Assembly (NCBI GenBank): GCA_023262855.1
Contig: JALQYQ010000044.1
Span: forward strand, 4,616 to 68,615
DNA: 64,000 nucleotides
Reading direction: 5' to 3'
DNA from: Crocinitomicaceae bacterium
GTDB lineage: Bacteria; Bacteroidota; Bacteroidia; Flavobacteriales_D; Crocinitomicaceae
This document shows, in pieces, positions 26,849 to 36,248 of this stretch; the first letter of the stretch is position 1; every line of letters begins with the position of its first letter. The notes beneath the pieces were generated by a model that searched no databases, was not told the origin of the DNA, and saw only the letters and a list, made by a program, of their open reading frames with translations. The position numbers were made by a program, and so were the translations under genes.

Positions 26849-29203
26849 ATGAACTTATTGATGCGCTTTCTTTTTTTAATTTTCCTTTTACCAAGCCTTA
26901 GCTTTGCTCAAAACAATACACAAACCCTTCGCGGTACAATTGTCGATAAACATTCCCAAGCGCCAATAATCGGTGCAACGGTACAAATCGCTTCCTTGCA
27001 ATTAGCCGCAATGACTGATTCCACGGGGAATTATTCCATTTCAATGCTTCCGCCAGATCGCTACGAAGTGAAAGTTACGTTCATGGGGTATAAAACGATT
27101 GTACTTCCAAACGTTGTTGTGACTTCAGGAAAGGAAATTATTTTGGACCTTGCCATGGAAGAAGAACTGAATCAACTGAGTGAAGTAACCGTTAAAGGAA
27201 CGAACAAAGGCGGAACCATCAATAAATTGGCAAGTGTTAGTGCGCGCACGTTCTCCATGGAAGAAGTGAACCGTTACGCAGGTGGAAGAAGCGATCCCGC
27301 GCGTTTAGCTGCGAATTTTGCAGGTGTAAGTGCACCAGACGATAGTCGAAATGACATTGTAATTCGTGGAAATTCTCCAGTAGGAGTTTTATGGCGAATC
27401 GATGGAATGACCGTGACAAATCCCAATCATTTTGCTTCCGTTGGAACAACTGGTGGAGCAGTGAGCGCGATCAATACCAATTTATTAAAGAATTCAGATT
27501 TTTTCACTTCCGCTTTTCCGTCTGAATATGGAAATGCAACTTCGGGCGTGTTTGATTTAGGTTTTCGTTCGGGGAATAACAAAAAACGCGAGACAACATT
27601 GCAAGCCGGTGTAATTACTGGTTTAGAATTAACAACCGAAGGACCATTCAGCAAAAAAAGCGATGCGTCTTATTTGGTAGGATATCGCTATTCGTTGGCT
27701 GGAATTGCACAAGCAGTTGGAGTAGATATCGGAACAACAGCAACACCAACGTACCAAGATTTATCATTCAAATTAAACAGTGGAACAACAAAATTTGGTA
27801 AGTTTTCGATGTTTGGCGTTTTGGCAACAAGTACGATTAACATTGGAGGCGGTGCTGGAAATTCCTTGTACGGCGGAGGCAATCAAGTTGATTTCGCAAG
27901 TAAAATCGGTATTGGCGGCGTAAATCATTTCAAACAATTGAATGCTAAATCGTACCTGTCGACAACAGTTGGTGTGAATTACGCTTCAACGGACCAAACA
28001 GGTTATGCCTTTGATCCAATGGCGGATAGCAGTTTTGTGCGTGAAACGAGTAATGTTGCAAAGACAACGTATTTCTTGAGTAGCAATTACAATTTAAAAA
28101 TCAATTCGCGTTTTTTCTTGAAAGTTGGACTTCAAGATGAAATCATGGGTGTGGATTTATATTACAAGACCAGAGAGAATCTTTTCTTACCTGAAAAACA
28201 GATTTGGGATTCACAAAATAGCACCAATTTAATGCAAGCGTATGCGCATTTGAAATATTCCATTTCGAACAAGTTGACCTTGAATGCGGGTGTACATTCA
28301 CAGTATTTCCTATTGAACAATTCAAGTGCTATTGAGCCACGTTTAGGTCTTGTTTACAATGCAACGGCAAAAAGTAGTTTCAACTTTGGTTATGGCTTGC
28401 ATTCACAATTGCAGCCGATCAATGTTTATTACTTAGAATCTGTGAACACTGCTGGCGATACGGTATACAACAACAAAGACTTAGGATTCACAAAAAGTCA
28501 TCACTTTGTGTTGGGGTACAACTTGCAACCTTTCAACGATTGGCGCATCAAAACAGAAGTGTATTACCAATCCATTTACAATGTTCCGGTTACGCTTTCT
28601 TCGAGTACGTATTCCATGTTGAATACAGGTTCAACCTTCAAAACAGATTTAACAGACAGTTTAGTCAACACAGGAACAGGAACCAATTATGGCCTTGAAT
28701 TGACCGTTGAAAAATTCTTTAGCAAAGGCTATTATGGCTTGTTTACTGCTTCCATTTACAATTCGAAATACGTCGGAAGTGATGGAGTAGAGCGCAATAC
28801 TGCTTTCAACGGAAAATATGTGTACAACGTATTGGCTGGGAAAGAATGGAAAATTGGAAAAGAAAAGCGCAACCGTGTTTCCTTGAATCTTAAATTCACC
28901 AATGCCGGAGGAAGAGCCTATACACCAATTGAATTAACTGCTTCACAGTTGACAGGACACGAGGTACTTTCGAGCGACGCGTATTCAAGTTATTATGCAA
29001 CCTATTACCGTTTGGATTTCAAAGCAGGATTCACCTTGAACAGTGCAAAGCGAAAAGTAGCACAAACAATCTCCTTGGATTTACAAAACGTTACCAACCA
29101 CAAAAATGTCTTCTCACAAAGCTACGACAGCAAATCGAAAAGCATCAGCACCACTTACCAACTTGGTTTCTTCCCGAATTTAGTGTACAAGATTCAGTTT
29201 TAA
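26849..29203 (+). CDS. TonB-dependent receptor with an N-terminal carboxypeptidase-regulatory-like domain
   Basis: Signal peptide, then TLRGTIVDK...PIIGATVQI (CarbopepD_reg), a plug region, a long beta-barrel and a terminal Phe. Confidence 0.8.
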   Translation: MNLLMRFLFLIFLLPSLSFAQNNTQTLRGTIVDKHSQAPIIGATVQIASLQLAAMTDSTGNYSISMLPPDRYEVKVTFMGYKTIVLPNVVVTSGKEIILDLAMEEELNQLSEVTVKGTNKGGTINKLASVSARTFSMEEVNRYAGGRSDPARLAANFAGVSAPDDSRNDIVIRGNSPVGVLWRIDGMTVTNPNHFASVGTTGGAVSAINTNLLKNSDFFTSAFPSEYGNATSGVFDLGFRSGNNKKRETTLQAGVITGLELTTEGPFSKKSDASYLVGYRYSLAGIAQAVGVDIGTTATPTYQDLSFKLNSGTTKFGKFSMFGVLATSTINIGGGAGNSLYGGGNQVDFASKIGIGGVNHFKQLNAKSYLSTTVGVNYASTDQTGYAFDPMADSSFVRETSNVAKTTYFLSSNYNLKINSRFFLKVGLQDEIMGVDLYYKTRENLFLPEKQIWDSQNSTNLMQAYAHLKYSISNKLTLNAGVHSQYFLLNNSSAIEPRLGLVYNATAKSSFNFGYGLHSQLQPINVYYLESVNTAGDTVYNNKDLGFTKSHHFVLGYNLQPFNDWRIKTEVYYQSIYNVPVTLSSSTYSMLNTGSTFKTDLTDSLVNTGTGTNYGLELTVEKFFSKGYYGLFTASIYNSKYVGSDGVERNTAFNGKYVYNVLAGKEWKIGKEKRNRVSLNLKFTNAGGRAYTPIELTASQLTGHEVLSSDAYSSYYATYYRLDFKAGFTLNSAKRKVAQTISLDLQNVTNHKNVFSQSYDSKSKSISTTYQLGFFPNLVYKIQF

Positions 29204-29243
29204 GAAATGGGGGGAAGGGTGGATTTCCGATTTTTTTCTACAT

Positions 29244-29391
29244 TCGTAACACATTCCTACCAACAACACACAAACCTAGGTTTTGTTAAAGTTGTTGAAG
29301 GGAAAAGGAAATAACGCGCTAAAATTGTTCGTTTATCTATCGAAATTTGTTGGATAGGCGAAAGGTTGTGGTGGTTATGTTTAAGTTAGCA
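29244..29391 (+). other. attC-like imperfect hairpin A (tcgTAAC ... GTTAGCa)
   Basis: Outer boxes TAAC/GTTA. Inner arms acattcctaccaacaac / gttgtggtggttatgt pair at about 13 of 17 positions with a bulge. It ends 21 nt before the GNAT start. Confidence 0.35.
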
Positions 29392-29411
29392 GTAATTGAA
29401 GGACTTTACCA

Positions 29412-29936
29412 ATGATCGAATTAAAACCATTAACTCAAGAAAATATCTCACCATTCTATTCATGGTTACGAGACGAGGAAACTATAAAATTTTCATTGAC
29501 TTTTTTTCAAAAGCTTGATTCCGAAGACGACATTAACAATTGGTACTCAAAATTATTACTAAACGAAAAAGACCTAACTCTTGGAATATTTCTAAAGTCA
29601 GACGGAGCCTTTATTGGATATACTGGGATTTGCAATATTTCATCAATCAACAAAAATGGTGAATACTTCATATTTATTGGTGAAAAAGGCCTATGGGGGA
29701 AAGGAATTGGAACAATTACAACACAAAAAGTAGTTCAATTTGGTTTTGAAAAGTTAAATCTTAATAGAATTATGTTGACAGTATCAGAACCAAATATTGG
29801 AGGTGTTCGCGCATATGAAAAAGCTGGTTTTAAAATCGAAGGAAAATTACGACAAGCATGCTTTAGAGATGGAAAATTTCATGATAAAATAATGATGTCA
29901 ATTCTTAAGGAAGAATTTAATGAAAAATACTGCTAA
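29412..29936 (+). CDS. GNAT N-acetyltransferase (RimJ/RimL-like)
   Basis: 174 aa. Motif A is WGKGIGTITTQKVVQFGF, with a C-terminal AYEKAGFKIEG. Confidence 0.75.
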   Translation: MIELKPLTQENISPFYSWLRDEETIKFSLTFFQKLDSEDDINNWYSKLLLNEKDLTLGIFLKSDGAFIGYTGICNISSINKNGEYFIFIGEKGLWGKGIGTITTQKVVQFGFEKLNLNRIMLTVSEPNIGGVRAYEKAGFKIEGKLRQACFRDGKFHDKIMMSILKEEFNEKYC

Positions 29937-30063
29937 CACACGTCTAGGGCAAGAGCCGGGATCGTGATATCGCAAAACGAATTATTGAAAACAAAATATC
30001 TTGGATCGCAAATAAAACTAACTTTAAAAATCGTCTCCTGCCCCAGGTGTGGGAACGTTAGCA
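29931..30063 (+). other. attC-like imperfect hairpin B (TGCTAAC ... GTTAGCA)
   Basis: The 7-bp terminal boxes are perfect reverse complements. Inner arms acac(gt)ctagggcaagag / ctcctgccccaggtgt pair at about 14 of 16 positions with a 2-nt bulge. The element overlaps the GNAT stop and ends 12 nt before the next start. Confidence 0.4.
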
Positions 30064-30074
30064 ACAACCGATAG

Positions 30075-30704
30075 ATGAAGCATACCCAAAAACTTCTGTT
30101 TTTAATAATTTTGTTTTGTTCCTTACAAAGCTGTACTCCAATGATTCTAAAAACTTTTGGAATGAAAAAAATGAAGGAGCTATCGAAAGATGAAATATTA
30201 AAACAAGGATCGAAATATAATATTCCCGAAAATGATTCTTATGAGCTTGATTCATCCTATGTTGATTTTTTATTTTCTCTAGACTCAATTAAATTTAAAA
30301 AAGAACAAAAAAATCATTTCCAACCATTGCAAGCACTATATTATGACCAAACAGGTCAATTAAAATCATTTCATATTAATTGCAATGCGGGTGGGTTTCC
30401 AAATTTAAAATGGAATCGCTTCGGGACTTTTGATGAATACATACCAAAACAACAAACACCACTAGACAGTATTTTGCCATTACAAAAACATTTAAATTAT
30501 CTGGTGCCACTAAATGACAAATCTACAATTGAATTAAACGATTATGATTTTGTTGTATTGGTGCATTGGAGCAGATTTATGGGTAGACAGAGTAAGCGTT
30601 TGATTAAAATAGTACAAGAGAATGCGGCACAAAACAAAAACTATAGAATAAAAATAATCTATCTAAACAACGATAACATATTTGCAAATACAGAAGAATT
30701 TTAA
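30075..30704 (+). CDS. Lipoprotein with a thioredoxin-fold-like segment lacking the CxxC cysteines
   Basis: Lipobox SLQSCTP. FVVLVHWSRFMGRQSKRL aligns to VVLLDFWASWCGPCRKEN of the neighbouring TlpA paralogues, with C..C replaced by M..Q. Confidence 0.4.
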   Translation: MKHTQKLLFLIILFCSLQSCTPMILKTFGMKKMKELSKDEILKQGSKYNIPENDSYELDSSYVDFLFSLDSIKFKKEQKNHFQPLQALYYDQTGQLKSFHINCNAGGFPNLKWNRFGTFDEYIPKQQTPLDSILPLQKHLNYLVPLNDKSTIELNDYDFVVLVHWSRFMGRQSKRLIKIVQENAAQNKNYRIKIIYLNNDNIFANTEEF

Positions 30705-30714
30705 TGATGACAGT

Positions 30715-30857
30715 TGCTAACACACGTCTAGCAAAAAAGTCGAAATTTCGGTAATGATAAACGACAATGGGAAAGCTTACGATCCTTAAACGTAAATGAT
30801 ATTAACATTAAAATGATATCCCTGCCTGCGCTGGAGCCTATGAGAAGCGGGTTAGCT
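30715..30857 (+). other. attC-like element C (TGCTAAC ... GTTAGCt); weaker inner pairing
   Basis: Its first 17 nt (tgctaacacacgtctag) are identical to element B. The right half belongs to the heptamer/core repeat at 30820-30921, so the GTTAGC box may be coincidental. Confidence 0.25.
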
Positions 30858-30921
30858 CCTTGTTCTTTGCTCTTTGTTCCTTGTTCCTCTCAGTTCTCGA
30901 TTCTCGATTCTCGGTTCTCAA
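30820..30921. repeat. GC-rich core (ccctgcctgcgctggagcctatgagaagcggg) followed by ten heptamers (ttagctc cttgttc tttgctc ... ttctcga ttctcga ttctcgg ttctcaa)
   Basis: 7-nt periodicity read directly. The last unit contains the lpxH stop codon. It is homologous, in inverted orientation, to 21105-21172. Confidence 0.85.
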
Positions 30922-31676
30922 CCCCAGACTTTCAACTCCGAATACTCACTCCCATCAAACTCCAAATACGTGAAATAGCGCAACCAATCGCCTAAGTTGA
31001 TGTAGCGTGAATTGTTGTTGAGCTCAATATTTAAGGGTAAATGACGGTGACCAAAGACGAACAAATCAATGTGTTCTTTTTCCAAGTATTCGTTGCAGAA
31101 GACATACAACCACTCGTTTTCTTTTCCGTTGAACACTTCGTCGTCGTTGCCCGTTTTTGCTCTACTCGTTTTGGAAGAGTAATTTGCCAACCACAAACCG
31201 AAGTTAGGGTGGAGGCGCGCAAAACACCACTGACAAAATTTATTCTCAAATACTTTCTTGAGGAACTTATAGCCTTTGTCTCCAGGACCTAAACCGTCGC
31301 CGTGACCAATGAATACTTTTTTACCGAAAAACTCGCGTACAACAGGCGTACGATGCAAGGTGAATCCCAATTCTTTTGGAAGATAATCGAAAATCCACAT
31401 GTCGTGATTGCCGGTAAAAACGTGGACTGGAATTCCTTTGTCGGTTAATTCAGCGATTTTCCCTTGTAAACGCACAAATCCTTTCGGAATCGCGTGTTTG
31501 TATTCAAACCAGAAGTCGAAAATGTCGCCAACAAGAAAAATTTCTAAGGCCGTCGGTTCAATGTGGTTCAGCCAAGCAACAATTTTCTTTTCGCGCTCTA
31601 AACTCTTCTCATACGTGGGAACACCCAAATGAAAATCTGATGCGAAATAAACTTTTTTTGCTTGTTGGTCCGACAT
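30918..31676 (-). CDS. lpxH: UDP-2,3-diacylglucosamine diphosphatase
   Basis: Calcineurin-like metallophosphoesterase motifs SDFHLG, GDIFDFW, GNHD, GHGD and GHRH. 252 aa. Confidence 0.85.
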   Translation of the reverse strand: MSDQQAKKVYFASDFHLGVPTYEKSLEREKKIVAWLNHIEPTALEIFLVGDIFDFWFEYKHAIPKGFVRLQGKIAELTDKGIPVHVFTGNHDMWIFDYLPKELGFTLHRTPVVREFFGKKVFIGHGDGLGPGDKGYKFLKKVFENKFCQWCFARLHPNFGLWLANYSSKTSRAKTGNDDEVFNGKENEWLYVFCNEYLEKEHIDLFVFGHRHLPLNIELNNNSRYINLGDWLRYFTYLEFDGSEYSELKVWG

Positions 31677-31679
31677 AGA

Positions 31680-32795
31680 TTAGTGCCCGAAAATACGTTT
31701 TAATTCAGCCTCTAACTCAGCTCCACGAAGATTCGTACGAATGATTTTACCGTCTTTGTCGATCAATACAGTAAATGGAATTCCTTTTACGCCGTATTGC
31801 GCAGCAACTTTACTTTGCCATTGCTGTAAATCGCTCACGTGATTTGGCCATACCAATTTATCTTTTTCGATTGCTGCCAACCATGCCGCTTTGTCGCGAT
31901 CCAAAGAAACTGACATCACAGTGAAACCGTCTTTTTTGTAAACATCGTATAAACGCGTCACATTTGGGTTTTCCTTGCGACAAGGTCCACACCAAGATGC
32001 CCAGAAATCCAACAAAACTACTTGACCCCGTAAGTCAGATAATTTCATTGTCGTTTTTCCGTCTGTCTTTAATTCTGTGAAATCAGGAGCTTCTTTTCCT
32101 GGCGCCAATAAGTTTGCTGCTTCTTTCGCTGCTTTCTTTTGTAAATACGCTTTGTTCAATTCTTTGATAGATGGAGAATCGCCAAACGATGCAACCAATT
32201 GATTCACGATTGATTCGTAAGTCGCGAAATCGTTCTCAGCATCGATCGTAGAAATTACTGGCAATAAAGCAGGAGAATTTTGATTTTGTGCAATGAAGGT
32301 TTGCATGTTGCTTTGGAAAGTATAATATTCCGTTGACATCGAATTGCTGATTTCTTGCTGTCTTGATGGATTTTGATTGATCAAATTAACCGCTGAATCA
32401 CGTTTTGCATTCCAAACCGTTAATGTTTTGATGAAATCATTCATGTGAGCACTTTCTTCTGAACCAACAATGTTGCAAAAAGCAAAAATGTTTGCTCCGT
32501 CACCGTACAATTTAATGTCCGCTTTGTCGCGTAAAATCAAATTGATGTGCGTGTTCCCAACACGAAGCACGTAATAATCCGCATCGTGAACCATTCCTGT
32601 CATTTTGAAATCACCTTTTTTGCTCAAAGGCGCTTTCAAATAATCGATGTAATTTGTTCCACCGTAATATTGAGAAAGGGAAACGGAATCAACAGATGCG
32701 TTGAAGATATTTCCTGAAATTGTAACGGTAATCGGCTTTTGAGCGAAGACACTCAAGCTTGAAATAACTGTTAGTAACGTAAGTAATTTGCGCAT
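31680..32795 (-). CDS. TlpA-family thiol:disulfide oxidoreductase (secreted)
   Basis: Signal peptide, an N-terminal DUF4369-like beta domain, and a C-terminal thioredoxin fold with WASWCGPC. Confidence 0.8.
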   Translation of the reverse strand: MRKLLTLLTVISSLSVFAQKPITVTISGNIFNASVDSVSLSQYYGGTNYIDYLKAPLSKKGDFKMTGMVHDADYYVLRVGNTHINLILRDKADIKLYGDGANIFAFCNIVGSEESAHMNDFIKTLTVWNAKRDSAVNLINQNPSRQQEISNSMSTEYYTFQSNMQTFIAQNQNSPALLPVISTIDAENDFATYESIVNQLVASFGDSPSIKELNKAYLQKKAAKEAANLLAPGKEAPDFTELKTDGKTTMKLSDLRGQVVLLDFWASWCGPCRKENPNVTRLYDVYKKDGFTVMSVSLDRDKAAWLAAIEKDKLVWPNHVSDLQQWQSKVAAQYGVKGIPFTVLIDKDGKIIRTNLRGAELEAELKRIFGH

Positions 32796-32801
32796 AGTTT
32801 A

Positions 32802-33974
32802 TTATTTTGAGAGCACCTCTTTCAATTTTTGTTCCAAACTTTCACCTCTGAGTCCAGTTCCGATCACTTTTCCGTTTTTATCGATCAAAACCGTGTGTGG
32901 AATTGCATCAAAACCGTATTGTTGAACCACTGGAGATTTCCATCCACGAAGGTCACTCACGTGATTTGGCCAAGACAATCCATCTGATTTGATGGCCGCT
33001 TTCCAAGCATTCGGATCTTCATCCAACGAAACAGAATAAACAGTGAAACCTTTGTCTTTGAATTGATTGTACAAACGCACAACATTTGGGTTTTCTTTGC
33101 GACAAGGTCCGCACCACGACGCCCAGAAGTCAATCAACACCACTTTTCCTTTTAAACTTGAAAGTTTAATTGCTTTTCCATTGATTCCTTGCATCACAAT
33201 TTCAGGTGCAACATCTGGAGAGGATTTGGTTGGAGTGGTATTTAAAAATTCATTGTAAGCGCTTTCAATTTGGAAGACTTGATTTTCCATTGTTGCAGCG
33301 ATTGGTGAATCTTTGAAACGTTTTTTGTAGGCTTCAGCAACAACTTTAAGCACTTCTAAATTTGCTGGATCCCAACCTTCGAAACCTGTGGTTGGAGTAG
33401 CAGAGGTAGAAAGCACAATGTTGAATGGATTGTCAGGATCTTTGAACATCGCTTCCCGTGCGAAATCATCTACTGGTTTTTTCAATTCTAAGAAACGATT
33501 CATCACTTCTTGATCCGTTGCGCGACCTTTCATCGCATTCAATTCAGGTTGTGCAGCCGAAAAAACAGCAAATTTCTCAATGTATTGATTCAAAACGGTT
33601 GACCATTCTGTGCCAGAAGCATTCGGAGCCACATTGAACATTTCATAGCTTGTGTTGATTTTCAAATGATCTTTTTCAACCAAGGTCAAGGGAATCACTT
33701 TGTCATTCGATTCGCCTAAACGCAATTGGTAAATCCCCATTCCTGGGATATTTCCTTTGATTTTGAATGAACCATTCGGAGAAATCGTCGTTTTCGCCAC
33801 TTCGATCGATCCTTGCTGACTCAAGGCTTCCACATACAAGGTGGTATTTCCTGCATCTTTAATTGTTCCCGAAACCATAAAATTATCTGGTAACTTTTCA
33901 GGTGTTTCTGTCTCTTCGCTTGATTCGCAAGCAAATAACAAAGGGAAAACTAAAAACAACACTAAGTATTTCAT
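32802..33974 (-). CDS. TlpA-family thiol:disulfide oxidoreductase (lipoprotein)
   Basis: Lipobox LLFACES and a C-terminal WASWCGPC. It is a tandem paralogue of 31680-32795. Its ATG overlaps the gatB TAA by 1 nt. Confidence 0.8.
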   Translation of the reverse strand: MKYLVLFLVFPLLFACESSEETETPEKLPDNFMVSGTIKDAGNTTLYVEALSQQGSIEVAKTTISPNGSFKIKGNIPGMGIYQLRLGESNDKVIPLTLVEKDHLKINTSYEMFNVAPNASGTEWSTVLNQYIEKFAVFSAAQPELNAMKGRATDQEVMNRFLELKKPVDDFAREAMFKDPDNPFNIVLSTSATPTTGFEGWDPANLEVLKVVAEAYKKRFKDSPIAATMENQVFQIESAYNEFLNTTPTKSSPDVAPEIVMQGINGKAIKLSSLKGKVVLIDFWASWCGPCRKENPNVVRLYNQFKDKGFTVYSVSLDEDPNAWKAAIKSDGLSWPNHVSDLRGWKSPVVQQYGFDAIPHTVLIDKNGKVIGTGLRGESLEQKLKEVLSK

Positions 33975-35431
33975 TATGCCTCTAATGTTTTACGCATTAA
34001 TTCATTTGCGGCTTTTGGATCTGCTTTTCCTTTTGAAACTTTCATTAATTGTCCCATAAAGAATCCGACCAATTGCTTTTCGCCGTTTCTATAACGTTCA
34101 ACTTCGCTTGGGTGTTGCTTGATCACTTCGTTAACAAATCCTAAAATCGCGTCTTCGTTGGAATCCTGAATCAAATTCATTTCTTCCGCCAAGGCTAAAG
34201 GTGAAGTGGAAGGATTTTTAACGAATGCAGGGAATATTTTTTGAGAAGCTACAGAAGTTGAAATTTTTCCTTCTTCAATCAAGGCGATCAAACTCGCAAT
34301 TTGCTCTGGTTTCAATGGGAATTCATCGATTTCAACACCAAATTCATTCAAATACGATTTGATATCGCCCATCATCCAGTTGGCAGCTTGTTTGTAATTC
34401 TTTGTGTGCGCTACAATTCCTTCGTAATACAAAGCAATTCCTTTGTTGTCCGTTAAATTGTAGGCATCATATTCCGACAAACCAAGTTCTTTTGTGTATT
34501 TCAAGAACAACTCACGGGGTAAAGCTGGCATTTCCGCTTTAATCGCCGCGATTTGTGCATCGTCCATCACCAAGGGTTGTAAATCTGGTTCTGGGAAATA
34601 ACGATAATCATTTGCCGCTTCTTTTGAACGCATTGAAATTGTTAAGTTTTTCAAGGCATCAAATGAACGTGTTTCTTGTGTCAATTCTTCACCATTCTCA
34701 AGTGCTTCAATTTGACGTGTAATCTCAAATTCAATTGCTCTTTGTACGTTACGAATCGAATTCATGTTTTTCACTTCGACTTTTGTTCCGAATTCTGGAG
34801 TACCTTTCAAACGAACTGAAATATTGGCATCACAACGCAATGAACCTTCTTCCATGTTTCCGTCACAAATGTCCAAGTAACGCACCAATTTTCGCACCTC
34901 TGTCAAATAGCTATAGGCTTCTTGCGACGAACGAATATCTGGTTCAGAAACGATTTCCAACAAAGGAACGCCAGCACGATTCAAATCAACAAGTGTGTCA
35001 AAAACATCCACATCGTGAATACTTTTTCCAGCATCTTCCTCCATGTGAATACGCGTCAAACCAATGTATTTGTCAGAACCATCTTCCAATTGAATGTGAA
35101 TCGAACCACCTGTACAAATTGGCGTTTTATCTTGCGTAATCTGATATCCTTTCGGAAGATCGGGATAGAAATAGTTTTTACGCGCAAAATATTGTTCTGG
35201 AGCAATATCACAACCGCATGCCAATCCAAGTTTGATCGCATATTCGATTGTTTTCTTGTTCATCTTCGGCAATGTTCCCGGATGACCAAGTGTAATTACA
35301 CTTACATTGGTATTCGGATGAGCACCGTACTCATTAATATCACTTGAATACGCTTTCGATTTAGTCAGCATTTGCGCATGCACCTCTAAACCAATAACCG
35401 CTTCGTATTTATTTCTAATTGCTTCTTCCAT
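33974..35431 (-). CDS. gatB: Asp-tRNA(Asn)/Glu-tRNA(Gln) amidotransferase subunit B
   Basis: 485 aa. N-terminal YEAVIGLEVHAQ, NRAGVPLLEIVSEPD, and a C-terminal GatB/YqeY tail. Confidence 0.95.
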   Translation of the reverse strand: MEEAIRNKYEAVIGLEVHAQMLTKSKAYSSDINEYGAHPNTNVSVITLGHPGTLPKMNKKTIEYAIKLGLACGCDIAPEQYFARKNYFYPDLPKGYQITQDKTPICTGGSIHIQLEDGSDKYIGLTRIHMEEDAGKSIHDVDVFDTLVDLNRAGVPLLEIVSEPDIRSSQEAYSYLTEVRKLVRYLDICDGNMEEGSLRCDANISVRLKGTPEFGTKVEVKNMNSIRNVQRAIEFEITRQIEALENGEELTQETRSFDALKNLTISMRSKEAANDYRYFPEPDLQPLVMDDAQIAAIKAEMPALPRELFLKYTKELGLSEYDAYNLTDNKGIALYYEGIVAHTKNYKQAANWMMGDIKSYLNEFGVEIDEFPLKPEQIASLIALIEEGKISTSVASQKIFPAFVKNPSTSPLALAEEMNLIQDSNEDAILGFVNEVIKQHPSEVERYRNGEKQLVGFFMGQLMKVSKGKADPKAANELMRKTLEA

Positions 35432-35435
35432 AGTA

Positions 35436-36248
35436 TTAGATACGAGAAATTAATTCACGCATAATCAATGTCATTTTTGGTTCTTGACGACTTGCTACTT
35501 CAATTACGTCTTGAACAGATACTTTTTGAATTTTTCCTGGAACACCTAAATCCGTAATAATTGAAATAGCGAAACAAGGAATTTCCATGTGACGCGCAAC
35601 GATTACCTCAGGAACAGTTGACATTCCAACTGCATCAGCACCAATTGCACGAACATAACCATATTCAGCAGGTGTTTCCAATGTTGGTCCTGTTAAACCT
35701 GCGTAGGTTCCAACTGCAACACGAATATCGTTTTCAGCGGCAATTTTTTGTGCCAAAGCAATCATTTCTAGGTCGTAAGGCTCAGACATATCTGGGAAAC
35801 GTGGTCCTAATTCATCGATGTTTTTACCAATAAGCGGATGAGCAGGGAATAAGTTAATGTGATCATTTTGAATCATGATTTCACCCACAATAAAATCTGG
35901 GTTAACACCACCAGAAGCATTCGAAACGAACAAGCGCTCAATTCCTAACAATTTCATCACACGTACAGGAAAGGTAACTTGCTGCATGTTGTATCCTTCG
36001 TAATAATGGAAACGACCTTGCATTGCAACTACTTTTTTACCACCAAGTTCACCAAAGATTAATTTTCCTGAATGACTTTCAACTGTTGAAACAGGGAAGT
36101 TTGGAATATCTTGGTATGGAATTTCATCAATCACGTTGATTTCTTTCACTAAACCACCCAATCCGGTTCCTAAAATAATACCGATTGTAGGTTCAACTTG
36201 CGTGCGACTTTTGATGTACTCGACAGATTGCTTAAATTGTGTTAACAT
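35436..36248 (-). CDS. Purine nucleoside phosphorylase (PunA/PNP trimeric type)
   Basis: 270 aa. GIILGTGLGGL, RFHYYEG and GADAVGMSTVPE motifs. Confidence 0.85.
   Translation of the reverse strand: MLTQFKQSVEYIKSRTQVEPTIGIILGTGLGGLVKEINVIDEIPYQDIPNFPVSTVESHSGKLIFGELGGKKVVAMQGRFHYYEGYNMQQVTFPVRVMKLLGIERLFVSNASGGVNPDFIVGEIMIQNDHINLFPAHPLIGKNIDELGPRFPDMSEPYDLEMIALAQKIAAENDIRVAVGTYAGLTGPTLETPAEYGYVRAIGADAVGMSTVPEVIVARHMEIPCFAISIITDLGVPGKIQKVSVQDVIEVASRQEPKMTLIMRELISRI

Noticed and set aside
30813-30995. 60-aa plus-strand ORF.
   Set aside because: It is composed of the GC core plus the heptamer array and then runs antisense into lpxH. It shows no coding features.
29204-31000. A complete integron (intI plus attI plus Pc).
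   Set aside because: There is no tyrosine-recombinase ORF anywhere in the window. The flanks are a TonB-dependent receptor and lpxH, so only the cassette-like part can be proposed.
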